DNA of 64,000 bases from an uncultured delta proteobacterium (GTDB lineage Bacteria > Desulfobacterota > Desulfobacteria > Desulfobacterales > SG8-13). The translations under genes and the position numbers were made by a program. Positions within the stretch are counted from its first letter, which is position 1; the number at the start of each line of letters is the position of its first letter. A model generated the notes under the pieces. The model saw nothing but the letters and a program-made list of their open reading frames with translations, was not told the DNA's origin and searched no databases. This document shows, piece by piece, positions 9,061 to 18,638 of the stretch. The stretch is from contig CAWKCK010000017.1 of NCBI GenBank assembly GCA_963848135.1, positions 962,538-1,026,537 on the forward strand, given 5' to 3'.

Positions 9061-10158
9061 TCAATATAAGGACTGGGTCGTTTTCGCATCGAAGATATGA
9101 AGCTGTCCCAGATTTAAGGCCATATCCAGAGTTTCACCCACCCGAACCGGCCGTTGACCGTCACATTTCCCGATAACCCTTATGCCTTGCAAGTCCATGT
9201 GGATATTGGTCTCACTTCCGAGAGGTTCGACAACGGTCACAACCCCGGATACTGTGTAACGGTTTGGCGGACTTTCGTTACCATCGGCCGGGATGATATC
9301 TTCGGTGCGCAGACCCATGATGACCTCGGCGTTGTCTTTTACTGAAACATCCGGCTTCGGAGGCACGGGTATTTGAAGCGAATCGTTGAAGGACAGGTAA
9401 AATCCTTGCTCGGAAAATCTTGTTTTAGCCGGCACCAGATTCATTGGCGGCGATCCGATGAAACCGGCAACGAACGTATTGTTCGGATGTTGAAAAATTT
9501 CGATTGGCTCTCCGATCTGCTCGATTCGCCCGTCGCGCATGACCACGATCCGGTCAGCCAGAGTCATGGCCTCTACCTGATCATGGGTGACGTAGATAAT
9601 CGTCGTGGACACCTTGTGATGGAGCTGTTTAATTTCGGTCCGCATCTGTGTCCGCAGTTTGGCATCCAGATTGGAGAGGGGTTCATCGAAAAGAAAAACA
9701 GAAGGATTTCGAACAATTGCGCGCCCCATCGCCACCCGTTGACGTTGACCGCCGGAGAGCTGGTGTGGTTTTCGCTTCAACAGATCCTGAAGTTCCAGCA
9801 TTTTCGCGGCAACTTGAACCCGGTTTTCGATCTCAGCTCGCGGTTTTTTGGCCAGTGTCAACCCGAAAGCCATGTTCTTGAAAACGTTCATATGGGGGTA
9901 GAGGGCATAATTCTGGAACACCATGGCCGTTTTTCGATCTTTTGGTGCCACGTTGTTGACGATACGATCATCGATCCAAATTTCACCATCGGTAATCTCT
10001 TCCAAACCGGCAATAAGCCGCAGCACGGTCGACTTGCCGCAACCCGAAGGGCCGACCAGCACAACGAACTCCTTGTCTCCGATTTCCAGATCGATGCCAT
10101 GGACGACTTCCGTCCTGCCGAAGCGTTTGACAATATTTTTCAATACGACACTTGCCAT
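9061..10158 (-). CDS. ugpC: sn-glycerol-phosphate/sugar ABC ATPase UgpC
   Basis: [42 protein letters not shown] tail; divergent from ugpBAE. Confidence 0.92.
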   Translation of the reverse strand: MASVVLKNIVKRFGRTEVVHGIDLEIGDKEFVVLVGPSGCGKSTVLRLIAGLEEITDGEIWIDDRIVNNVAPKDRKTAMVFQNYALYPHMNVFKNMAFGLTLAKKPRAEIENRVQVAAKMLELQDLLKRKPHQLSGGQRQRVAMGRAIVRNPSVFLFDEPLSNLDAKLRTQMRTEIKQLHHKVSTTIIYVTHDQVEAMTLADRIVVMRDGRIEQIGEPIEIFQHPNNTFVAGFIGSPPMNLVPAKTRFSEQGFYLSFNDSLQIPVPPKPDVSVKDNAEVIMGLRTEDIIPADGNESPPNRYTVSGVVTVVEPLGSETNIHMDLQGIRVIGKCDGQRPVRVGETLDMALNLGQLHIFDAKTTQSLY

Positions 10159-10507
10159 GGGTCATTCCTGTGGTTAACAACGTGTATGCTGGTCGCCTTT
10201 TGACGACCCATCCAAACCATGTTTCCGGCGCCGACGTCAAGCGTTCATTCGTATTCGCACGCAAACGGCAGTGTCGTATCGCCATTTAAGGACAGCCTTT
10301 AGACGAACGCCCTTATCTTTGGTTTGAGGGTACCCTGCGAGAAATTGAAAAGGCTTGAGAAATCATTTCACTTCGGCTACGGTGACTTTGCCGGACACGC
10401 CTGCCGGCGGCATCGCTCGGTTGCGGGAACCGGGGTGCATTCTATTCACCTTCGAAGTATCCTTTGGAACCGTTTTTAACCGTTTTTGAATCAACGAGGA
10501 GGCAGGT

Positions 10508-11833
10508 ATGAGCAGAAGAAACAAATTTTGGATCATGACAGTCATGGCCGCAATAATGGTTTGGAACGGTAGTGCCCTGGCCGCACCCACCGAAATTCAC
10601 TGGTGGCACGCCATGCGCGGTGCCCGCGGTGAAACACTCAAAAAAATCGTCGATGCGTTCAACGCTTCCCAGACAGAATTTGTCGTTATCGAGACCAACA
10701 AGGGCAACTATGATGAAACTGTCAATGCCGGCGTCGCGGCCTACCGGGCCAAGAAACAACCCCACATACTGCAGTCATTTGAAGTCGGCACCTTAACGAT
10801 GATGCTGTCGGGTGCCATCTACCCGGTCTACAAGCTCATGGCCGACCAGGGCTACAAGATCGACTGGTCCACATATCTACAACCCGTGCTGTCCTACTAC
10901 GTCGATGAAAACAGCAACCTGCTCTCCATGCCGTTCAACTCTTCTACCCCGGTCATGTACTACAATGTCGACCTGTTCAAGAAAGCCGGCATCGATCTGC
11001 TTTCCAAGACCGACCCCATCACTTGGGACCAACTAGGGGAGATCACCGCCAAACTGGTGGCCTCGGGCGTCAAGAAAGGGATGGTCACCTCCTGGCAATC
11101 ATGGGTTCAGGTGGAAAACTACAGTGCCATTCACGACCTGGCCTTCGCCACCAAGGCGGACGGCTACGAGGGGTTGGATTGCGAGCTGGTAATCAACAAC
11201 CCCCAGGTGGTCAACCACCTGCAAAGATTAAAGACCTGGATGGGGGACGGCCGCTTCTCATACGAGGGGCAAAAATACCAGGGGCCCCAAGCCGCTTTCA
11301 TCGCTCAGGATGCCGCCATCTTGATGGAATCGATCAGCGGTATCGGCAACGTCAAGAAAAATGCTAAATTTGCATGGGATCTGGCCCCCCTGCCTGTCGA
11401 ATCGAATATGAAAGCCCCCCAGAACAGCATCATCGGAGGGGCTTCCCTGTGGGTGATGAACGGCCACGACAAGAAAGATTACAAAGGGGTGGCCGCCTTT
11501 CTGGATTTTCTGGCCCAAACCGACATGCAGGAGCTTTGGCACCAGGAGACCGGATATTTCCCCATTACGATCACCGCTTATGAATCCCTTAAAGCCAAAG
11601 GGTATTTCGATGTCAATCCTTACCAGGAAGTGGGCATTAAACAGATGACCCGTCGGAACCCCACCAAAAACTCACGCGGTTTGAGGTTGGGCTATTTCGT
11701 GCAGATCCGCAATATTATCAACGAAGAGATGGAACTGATCTGGAACGGCGGGAAATCGCCCCAGGAAGCAATGGATGCGGCTGTGTCGCGCAGCAACGCG
11801 AAGTTGCGTGAGTTCGAAAAAACGTACAAGTAA
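10508..11833 (+). CDS. ugpB: Glycerol-phosphate ABC substrate-binding protein UgpB
   Basis: Signal peptide; WWHAM, SMPFNSSTPVMYYN, PQNSIIGGASLWV and SRGLRLG motifs typical of UgpB. Confidence 0.92.
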   Translation: MSRRNKFWIMTVMAAIMVWNGSALAAPTEIHWWHAMRGARGETLKKIVDAFNASQTEFVVIETNKGNYDETVNAGVAAYRAKKQPHILQSFEVGTLTMMLSGAIYPVYKLMADQGYKIDWSTYLQPVLSYYVDENSNLLSMPFNSSTPVMYYNVDLFKKAGIDLLSKTDPITWDQLGEITAKLVASGVKKGMVTSWQSWVQVENYSAIHDLAFATKADGYEGLDCELVINNPQVVNHLQRLKTWMGDGRFSYEGQKYQGPQAAFIAQDAAILMESISGIGNVKKNAKFAWDLAPLPVESNMKAPQNSIIGGASLWVMNGHDKKDYKGVAAFLDFLAQTDMQELWHQETGYFPITITAYESLKAKGYFDVNPYQEVGIKQMTRRNPTKNSRGLRLGYFVQIRNIINEEMELIWNGGKSPQEAMDAAVSRSNAKLREFEKTYK

Positions 11834-11995
11834 TCGAATAGACCTTAAGTAAAGGGAGCTTTTCTCTCAAATCAACAACCGGTGTTCCGGAGCGGTGGAC
11901 GACGCCTGCCCGGAGCACCGGCCTGTTTAGATCTCTTTCCCAATCGGATGTGTACCGAGCCCCCGGCAACATCCGGTCGTTCGAATGCGACCACT

Positions 11996-12886
11996 ATGAC
12001 CAAGCGTTCCCTTTTCACATCCCGAACACTGCCCTATCTACTGATCTTGCCCCAGGTGATCGTAACGCTGACCTTTTTCTATTGGCCGGCCGCCCAGGGT
12101 CTGCTTCAATCGGTCATGCTCAGCGATCCGTTCGGGCAACGCAGCCGTTTCGTATGGTTCGATAATTTCATCAGTATTTTCACTGATCCCCTCTACCTGA
12201 AATCCATCGGTATCACCCTGACATTCAGTTTTGCCACCGCCGCCGTTTCCATTTTCTTCGGTCTGTTCATCGCCAGTATGGCCAACCGGGCCTTGAAAGC
12301 CAAGGCGGCGATTCGAACCATGCTGATCTGGCCCTACGCCGTTGCTCCGGCGATTTCCGGCATCCTGTGGCTCTTTCTACTGCACCCGTCATTCGGCGTA
12401 GTGGCCTTTTTTATTCAGCGCCAACTCGGCATCGACTGGAATCCGGTGCTCAGCGGAACAGATGCCTTCATCATGGTGGTGCTGGCCAGCGCCTGGAAGC
12501 AAATCAGTTATAATTTCGTCTTCTTTATGGCCGGTCTCCAGGCGATCCCGCACTCTCTGATCGAAGCCGCAGCCATGGACGGCGCCGGTCCGATCCGCCG
12601 ATTCTGGGCCATCACTTTTCCATTGCTGTCGCCAACTTTCTTCTTTCTCATGGTAATGAATGTCATTTACGCCTTTTTCGAAACCTTCGGTGTCATTCAC
12701 ACGGTAACTCAGGGAGGACCGGGCGGCGCCACCACCACTCTGGTCTATAAGGTCTATCAAGACGGGTTCATCGGGTTGAACCTGGGGTCATCAGCAGCGC
12801 AATCGGTGGTTCTGATGGCCTTGATCGTAATCATCACGGTGCTGCAGTTCCGTTTCGTGGAACGCAGAGTCCAGTATACAATATGA
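11996..12886 (+). CDS. ugpA: ABC permease UgpA
   Basis: LPYLLILPQ, WKQISYNFVFF, EAAAMDGA; start set at ATG 11996. Confidence 0.92.
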   Translation: MTKRSLFTSRTLPYLLILPQVIVTLTFFYWPAAQGLLQSVMLSDPFGQRSRFVWFDNFISIFTDPLYLKSIGITLTFSFATAAVSIFFGLFIASMANRALKAKAAIRTMLIWPYAVAPAISGILWLFLLHPSFGVVAFFIQRQLGIDWNPVLSGTDAFIMVVLASAWKQISYNFVFFMAGLQAIPHSLIEAAAMDGAGPIRRFWAITFPLLSPTFFFLMVMNVIYAFFETFGVIHTVTQGGPGGATTTLVYKVYQDGFIGLNLGSSAAQSVVLMALIVIITVLQFRFVERRVQYTI

Positions 12887-12889
12887 GCC

Positions 12890-13810
12890 ATGGTTGAACG
12901 AACGCCCATTCTCGATACGCTAACCTACGGATTTCTGATGCTGGGAATCTGTATCGTCTGCTTTCCCATCTTCTACACCTTTGTGGCGGCCAGCCTTCCC
13001 CTGGAAGACGTCTCCCAAGTGCCGATGCCTCTATTTCCGGGAGACCAGTTCTGGATGAATACTCGAGCGGCCTGGGAACAGGGCAATCTGGGCCGTCAAC
13101 TCTTAAACTCCTTCGTCATGGCCTCTGGGATCACCATCGGCAAAATCGTGGTCTCCATTCTGGGTGCTTTCTCGATTGTCTATTTCGACTACCGGTTCCG
13201 GAAAGTCGCCTTTGCCACCGTCTTTTGCACCCTGATGCTACCGGTGGAAGTACGCATCCTCCCCACTTACGAAATCGCTGCCAATCTCTTCGGTCCCTTA
13301 CAGTGGCTGATCGACACCCTGCATCTCGACAGCCTCGTTCAATGGTGGGTGGGAAACGATATCGACATCAGCTTGGAATGGAGCCTGTTGGACAGCTACA
13401 CCGGCCTGATCCTGCCCCTGGTGGCCTCAGCCACCTGCACCTTCCTTTTCCGCCAGTTCTTTCTTACTGTTCCAGAAGAGCTGTGTGAGGCGGCTAAATT
13501 GGACGGGGCTTCGGCCATGAAGTTTTTTTACAGGATCCTCTTGCCGCTATCCAAAACCAACATCGCCGCTTTGATCGTGATCGAATTTGTCTACGGCTGG
13601 AACCAATATCTCTGGCCTCTGCTCATCACCACCAACCCGGACATGACCACTGCCGTCATCGGACTGCAGAACCTGATTCCTCAGATCGACGACATTCCCT
13701 ACTGGAATGTAGCAATGGCCGGCGCCCTGTTGGTCATGATGCCGCCCATCCTGGTTGTGTTGTTGATGCAACGCTGGTTCGTCAGGGGTTTGGTGGAAAG
13801 AGAAAAGTAA
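12890..13810 (+). CDS. ugpE: ABC permease UgpE with a ~31-aa loop insertion
   Basis: TLMLPVEVRI, FLFRQFF, EAAKLDGA, YGWNQYLWPLL. Confidence 0.92.
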   Translation: MVERTPILDTLTYGFLMLGICIVCFPIFYTFVAASLPLEDVSQVPMPLFPGDQFWMNTRAAWEQGNLGRQLLNSFVMASGITIGKIVVSILGAFSIVYFDYRFRKVAFATVFCTLMLPVEVRILPTYEIAANLFGPLQWLIDTLHLDSLVQWWVGNDIDISLEWSLLDSYTGLILPLVASATCTFLFRQFFLTVPEELCEAAKLDGASAMKFFYRILLPLSKTNIAALIVIEFVYGWNQYLWPLLITTNPDMTTAVIGLQNLIPQIDDIPYWNVAMAGALLVMMPPILVVLLMQRWFVRGLVEREK

Positions 13811-15144
13811 TGACACATTCTGAAAAGAAAGCGCTTGTCGATCAGGCCCAGTGTGCTGAGCGGTGCAGCTGCGGCGGCTCACATGCCATACCCGATATCC
13901 TCGCTTACACCGGTAAAGATGCCTTCCAAATGCTGGCGACCGACGCCAACCGTTTCCTGGCAGATAAAAAGGCCCTCGTGCTCGATGACGAAAACACCCA
14001 TAGAGCCGCCGGTACCGCCGTGACCGATGCACTGAAAACCGCTGCCGTCGATCACCGGGTCATCACCCTCCCGGGAGATTCCCACTTGACCGATAGGCTT
14101 GCCGCCGATGTCGAGCGCCAGGTCGCCGGATGCCCCTTGATTATCGCCGTGGGGTCCGGTACGGTGAACGACCTCGGAAAATACACGGCCCACCAATTAG
14201 GCATTCCTTACTGGTGCGCTCCCACGGCGCCGTCCATGAACGGTTACACTTCTTCCATTGCAGCCGTGAAGGCGGCCGGGGTGAAAAGAACCCTGCCCTG
14301 CCTGCCTCCAAGGACACTCTACATTCAACCGGAGGTCCTTCGCAAAGCGCCCCTGAAACTGCGCCAAGCCGGATATTGCGATGTAATGGCCAAATCGGTA
14401 TCGGATGTCGACTGGCAAATCGAATCCCTCCTTTTCGGCGGTTCTTACTGCACCCTGCCGTCTGCCATCGTCGCCCCGTCCGAGGTTCTCTACCTTGACC
14501 AACCGGAGAACATCGCCGCCGGGGAAATAGCATCAGTGGATGCCCTGTTTCACGGCCTCTTGATTTCGGGCATCGCCATGAGCCTAGCCGGATCCAGTGC
14601 ACCAGCCTCCGGTGGAGAACATCTCCTGTCCCACTTTTGGGACATGCGCGAAGAGTTGACCGGGCGGGTGGTTGAGTATCACGGCCTCCAGGTCGGTGCC
14701 GGTATCGTCATGTCAGCCGTCTGCTATGAAAAATTGCGGAAAGTAAAAAGAGAAACACTGCGGCCTGAAGCCGAAAAGCGCTTCAAGGCTGATGCTGAAG
14801 AGATACAAGCTGTCTGGAAGCCATTCGCCCCCGGCGTTCGCAAACGCTTCAACATGAAAAAAGCGCTTTTGCTCCAATTCGATGAACTTCTGCCGCGGAA
14901 GTGGATGAAGATCGAACCGCTGTTGGCTACCGTCCCCCCGGCCAGGGTTTTTCTCGAGCGGATTCGACGGACAGGTTACCCGATGAACCTTTCTTCGCTG
15001 AATCTGTCGCCGGACGAGTTTATGCTGGCCGCACACAACGCCCGCACAATCCGGGAGCGGATCACCATTCTCGATCTGGCCGCACATACCGGTGTGCTGG
15101 AAGCCGCCGCCGAAGAGGCCCTGGAATTGCTGCTGGATAATTAA
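13810..15144 (+). CDS. sn-glycerol-1-phosphate dehydrogenase (EgsA/AraM family)
   Basis: IAVGSGTVNDLGKY, PTAPSMNGYTS, ASGGEHLLSHFWDM and HGLQVG motifs; start overlaps the ugpE stop (TAATG). Confidence 0.85.
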   Translation: MTHSEKKALVDQAQCAERCSCGGSHAIPDILAYTGKDAFQMLATDANRFLADKKALVLDDENTHRAAGTAVTDALKTAAVDHRVITLPGDSHLTDRLAADVERQVAGCPLIIAVGSGTVNDLGKYTAHQLGIPYWCAPTAPSMNGYTSSIAAVKAAGVKRTLPCLPPRTLYIQPEVLRKAPLKLRQAGYCDVMAKSVSDVDWQIESLLFGGSYCTLPSAIVAPSEVLYLDQPENIAAGEIASVDALFHGLLISGIAMSLAGSSAPASGGEHLLSHFWDMREELTGRVVEYHGLQVGAGIVMSAVCYEKLRKVKRETLRPEAEKRFKADAEEIQAVWKPFAPGVRKRFNMKKALLLQFDELLPRKWMKIEPLLATVPPARVFLERIRRTGYPMNLSSLNLSPDEFMLAAHNARTIRERITILDLAAHTGVLEAAAEEALELLLDN

Positions 15145-15163
15145 CTCAAAAAGTGAGGTAAGT

Positions 15164-16330
15164 GTGGAACCGAACGATCAGGCCTACATTAAACTACAAA
15201 AGCACTTGGACAACCAGGCGGTTGGATTCCCCGCAACGCGTACAGGGGCTGAGATTAAACTTCTAAAACACATATTCACGCCACAAGAGGCTCAAATAGC
15301 CACTTTTTTAAGCTATAAACCAGAGCCGGTTGAAACCATATGGGATCGGATTCGGCCGCTGGTCGACTCAGCCGAACAACTGGAGCAGCACCTCGATCGA
15401 ATACAGAAAAAAGGGGGAATCGAAACCAAAATAAAGTCAGGCAAAAAACTTTACTGCAACGCACCGCTTGTTGTGGGAATGTTCGAGTTACAGATTGGCC
15501 GACTCACCCCCGAGTTCGTCAAGGATTTCAACGAATATACTTCCAACCGAAAATTCGGTATCGAATTCTTGAGCACCGAGCTTCCCCAGATGCGCACCAT
15601 CCCAGTGGCCAAAAGCATTCAACCGCAACACCAAGCGAGCACGTTCGATGAGGTCACGACCCTGATTCAACAGGCCGATGCGCCCTTTGTCATTATCGAA
15701 TGCATCTGCCGCAAGAAAAAATCGATGGAAGGAAAAACCTGCAAGATAACGGATAGAAAAGAGACCTGCCTGGCTATCGGCAGTACCGCCCAGACTGTCC
15801 TGCTGAGCGGCAATGGCAAAGAGATTTCCAAAGAAGACGCGTTATCGATCATAGAAGAAAACCAGGCACAGGGATTAGTTCTACAACCGTCCAACACGAA
15901 AAAGGCCGAATTCATCTGCTCGTGTTGTGGATGTTGCTGCGGGATGCTCGGCATCTACAAATCCTTGCCCAAACCATTGGAGTTCTGGGCGGCAAACTAC
16001 CAGGCGGTCTTTGACCCTGACACCTGTATCGGATGCGGGGCTTGTGCAGAGCGCTGCCAGGTAAATGCAGTTCGTGTTTCCGAAAAAAAGGCGCGGGCTG
16101 TCGTCGATCAGCACCGATGTCTCGGTTGTGGTGTTTGCATCTCCGACTGCCCGACCGGTTCCATTTCCCTGTTGAAAAACACCACTGAAGTCAAGCCGCC
16201 CCAAACGCGGGAAGATCTTTACGACACCATCATGGCGAGCAAGAAAGGCCGTCTGGAAAAATTAAAGCTGACAGGAAAGCTCATTGGCGATGTGGTTCGA
16301 TCGAAACAAACGAACCTTTTGAAAAAATAA
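15164..16330 (+). CDS. Iron-sulfur protein with a C-terminal 2x[4Fe-4S] ferredoxin domain
   Basis: CICR, CSCCGCCC, CIGCGACAERCQ, CLGCGVCISDCP; GTG start at 15164 after GAGGT. Confidence 0.85.
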   Translation: MEPNDQAYIKLQKHLDNQAVGFPATRTGAEIKLLKHIFTPQEAQIATFLSYKPEPVETIWDRIRPLVDSAEQLEQHLDRIQKKGGIETKIKSGKKLYCNAPLVVGMFELQIGRLTPEFVKDFNEYTSNRKFGIEFLSTELPQMRTIPVAKSIQPQHQASTFDEVTTLIQQADAPFVIIECICRKKKSMEGKTCKITDRKETCLAIGSTAQTVLLSGNGKEISKEDALSIIEENQAQGLVLQPSNTKKAEFICSCCGCCCGMLGIYKSLPKPLEFWAANYQAVFDPDTCIGCGACAERCQVNAVRVSEKKARAVVDQHRCLGCGVCISDCPTGSISLLKNTTEVKPPQTREDLYDTIMASKKGRLEKLKLTGKLIGDVVRSKQTNLLKK

Positions 16331-16366
16331 CAGCGGAACATCTAATATTCAATATGGAGGTAAGAC

Positions 16367-17197
16367 ATGCGTGCAATAATTTTAGGGATGCTGATCGTTC
16401 TACTAACCGCCGATTTTGGCTCGGCTGACATCGTTGCAACCTGGAAGCTCAGTGATGGTGCCACCACCAAGCTGAGCATTCGTGATGACCAGCACGTTCG
16501 TATCGATACCAACGAAAAAGACACTTATATGTTGGTAAAGGACCAAAAAGTATACATGGTGCGCAAAGAGGACGGTCAGTGGACCGCCTTTGATATGGAC
16601 CAGATGGCTGAAATGATGAAAATGTTTAAAAAAAACAACAAGCAGATCAAAGATCAAGATTTCCAGGAGAAGTTTACCGATACCGGCCGATTTGAAACCA
16701 TCGCCGGTTACAAGGGTAAAGTCTTCGAAGTCGAGTACACCGACTATACCGGTAAAAAGAAAACCGATGAAATCGTTCTGAGCAAAGACAAAGATGTTGA
16801 GCGCATACATAAGGGCTGGGTTGTGTTTGCATCGCGTATGGCACAAATGCTTGGCCAGGATTCGGCCCGCAAGCTGGATCAATCCCTCAAATCGGCCAAA
16901 ATGAAGGGTTATGGTGGTATGCTGCGTTATGGAAAAGACATGGTCCTTCAGCGTGTCGAGAAGCCTTCCCTTGACATCGGACATTATCAACTGCCGCCAG
17001 GAGTCAAGATGATGGACATGCCTTCCATGGGCAGCTCGGGGGGATATCAATCCTCACAACCGGTTCAACAAAAACCCGAGAGTTCTGCTGCCGGTAAAAA
17101 TGACAAAACCGGAAATACTTCCGATGATACAGATCAACCATCGGTGGTCGATGGGGTCCGGCAGGGCGTCAAAAGCATTTTCAAGAAGGTGTGGTAA
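16367..17197 (+). CDS. Exported protein, DUF4412-like
   Basis: Signal peptide; TDTGRFETIAGYKG and YQLPPG motifs; low-complexity tail. Confidence 0.65.
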   Translation: MRAIILGMLIVLLTADFGSADIVATWKLSDGATTKLSIRDDQHVRIDTNEKDTYMLVKDQKVYMVRKEDGQWTAFDMDQMAEMMKMFKKNNKQIKDQDFQEKFTDTGRFETIAGYKGKVFEVEYTDYTGKKKTDEIVLSKDKDVERIHKGWVVFASRMAQMLGQDSARKLDQSLKSAKMKGYGGMLRYGKDMVLQRVEKPSLDIGHYQLPPGVKMMDMPSMGSSGGYQSSQPVQQKPESSAAGKNDKTGNTSDDTDQPSVVDGVRQGVKSIFKKVW

Positions 17198-17243
17198 TAA
17201 TCATGTAAACCCCCCAATAAAACTGGGGGGTTTACAGATGATT
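17195..17243. repeat. Palindrome built from IS200-like end sequence; likely bidirectional terminator
   Basis: TGTAAACCCCCCA-ATAAAAC-TGGGGGGTTTACA between convergent genes; flanks match the GATGATTATTA terminus of the repeats at 46.8 and 53.1 kb. Confidence 0.65.
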
Positions 17244-17257
17244 TTCATGGATGGACG

Positions 17258-18625
17258 CTAAAGAACAATCTGATACCAGAGTAATCCCAACAGCCCGGCA
17301 ACGGTAATCACTGTAATCATCCCCGCCTTAAGCCAATAGATCGCGGCAAAGGCTGCGGCACCAATGACGGCGGCAAACCAGCTGAATCCGCCTTCAATGG
17401 GGAAAAGCACCTGCAAACCGAACCAAACCGCAAGATTGAGTACGACGCCGACCACGGCAGCGGTGATGCTCGAAAGGGTCGCCGAGAGCCTGGCATTGTT
17501 GCGGAATTTTTCGATATAGGGCCCACCCAGGAAAATGAATAGAAAACACGGCAGAAACGTAAAATACGTCGCAACCAGCGAGCCGACCAACCCGCCCATC
17601 AACGGGCTCCAGCTTCCGGAATAGTTCCACCCGGCCATGAACCCGACAAACTGCACCACCATGATCAACGGCCCCGGTGTGGTTTCGGCCAATCCCAACC
17701 CGTCAATCATCTGTGGTCCGGTCAACCAGGCGTATTGCTCGACCCCTGCCTGGGCAATATAGGCCAATACGGCATAGGCACCGCCAAAGGTCAAGAATGC
17801 TGCCTTGGTGAAAAAAAGCGCTTCGGTGTAGAAAATCGGAATTGGCAAGAGAGCATAAAGTATTATCACGGGGAATATCCACAACAGAACAAATACCGCC
17901 ATTAGAAGGATATTGCGCCATGTGGAGGGGTTAACGTGACATTCCAGCGGATCTTCGCAAATTTGGACATATCCCGCATCGAAATCCGAGGCGGTCTTCC
18001 CCTTTATGACATCGAATTTCGCAGGCAAAAAATGGCTGCCGACAAGTCCGATGAGACCGGCTCCGAGCACAATAATCGGGAACGGAATTTTGAGGAAATA
18101 GATGGCTATAAACGAGATCACGGCAAGACTCACCATGAGACCGTTCTTGAGAGCCTTTTTGCCGATCTTGATCACTGCCGACACCACAATTGCCATGATA
18201 GCAGCCTTCAGACCGTTGAAAATGGATGCTACCCAAGGGACCGAACCATAGGCAGCATAGGTATAGCTCAAGGCGAATAGAATGAAAATTGACGGGATGA
18301 CGAAAAATGCACCCGCCACGATTCCGCCGGGCATTCGGTGCAATAACCAGCCGATATAGGTGGCCAACTGCTGGGCTTCGGGTCCTGGCAGCAGCATGCA
18401 GTAATTCAAGGCATTTAAAAACCGCTCGTTACTGATCCATTTTTTTCGGTCCACCAATTCCTGATGCATAATCGAGATCTGCCCTGCCGGTCCCCCGAAA
18501 CTAATAAAACCCAGCTTCAGCCAGAATCGGAAGGCTTCGGCAAATGTCGGATGTGGGGTGGGAAGTTTTTTGCGTTCCTTGTTTTCACTTTTTGATATTG
18601 ATTCAGTGGTATTGGGATTTACCAT
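17258..18625 (-). CDS. chrA: Chromate efflux transporter ChrA (long chain)
   Basis: LGFISFGGPAGQI, LPGPEAQQLA, TFGGAYAV, ETTPGPLI. Confidence 0.95.
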   Translation of the reverse strand: MVNPNTTESISKSENKERKKLPTPHPTFAEAFRFWLKLGFISFGGPAGQISIMHQELVDRKKWISNERFLNALNYCMLLPGPEAQQLATYIGWLLHRMPGGIVAGAFFVIPSIFILFALSYTYAAYGSVPWVASIFNGLKAAIMAIVVSAVIKIGKKALKNGLMVSLAVISFIAIYFLKIPFPIIVLGAGLIGLVGSHFLPAKFDVIKGKTASDFDAGYVQICEDPLECHVNPSTWRNILLMAVFVLLWIFPVIILYALLPIPIFYTEALFFTKAAFLTFGGAYAVLAYIAQAGVEQYAWLTGPQMIDGLGLAETTPGPLIMVVQFVGFMAGWNYSGSWSPLMGGLVGSLVATYFTFLPCFLFIFLGGPYIEKFRNNARLSATLSSITAAVVGVVLNLAVWFGLQVLFPIEGGFSWFAAVIGAAAFAAIYWLKAGMITVITVAGLLGLLWYQIVL

Positions 18626-18638
18626 TTGTCTTCAACTT

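Noticed and set aside
10468..10487. AACCGTTTTT direct repeat upstream of ugpB as a Pho box
   Set aside because: It has a 10-bp period and only two units, unlike the five 11-bp arrays.
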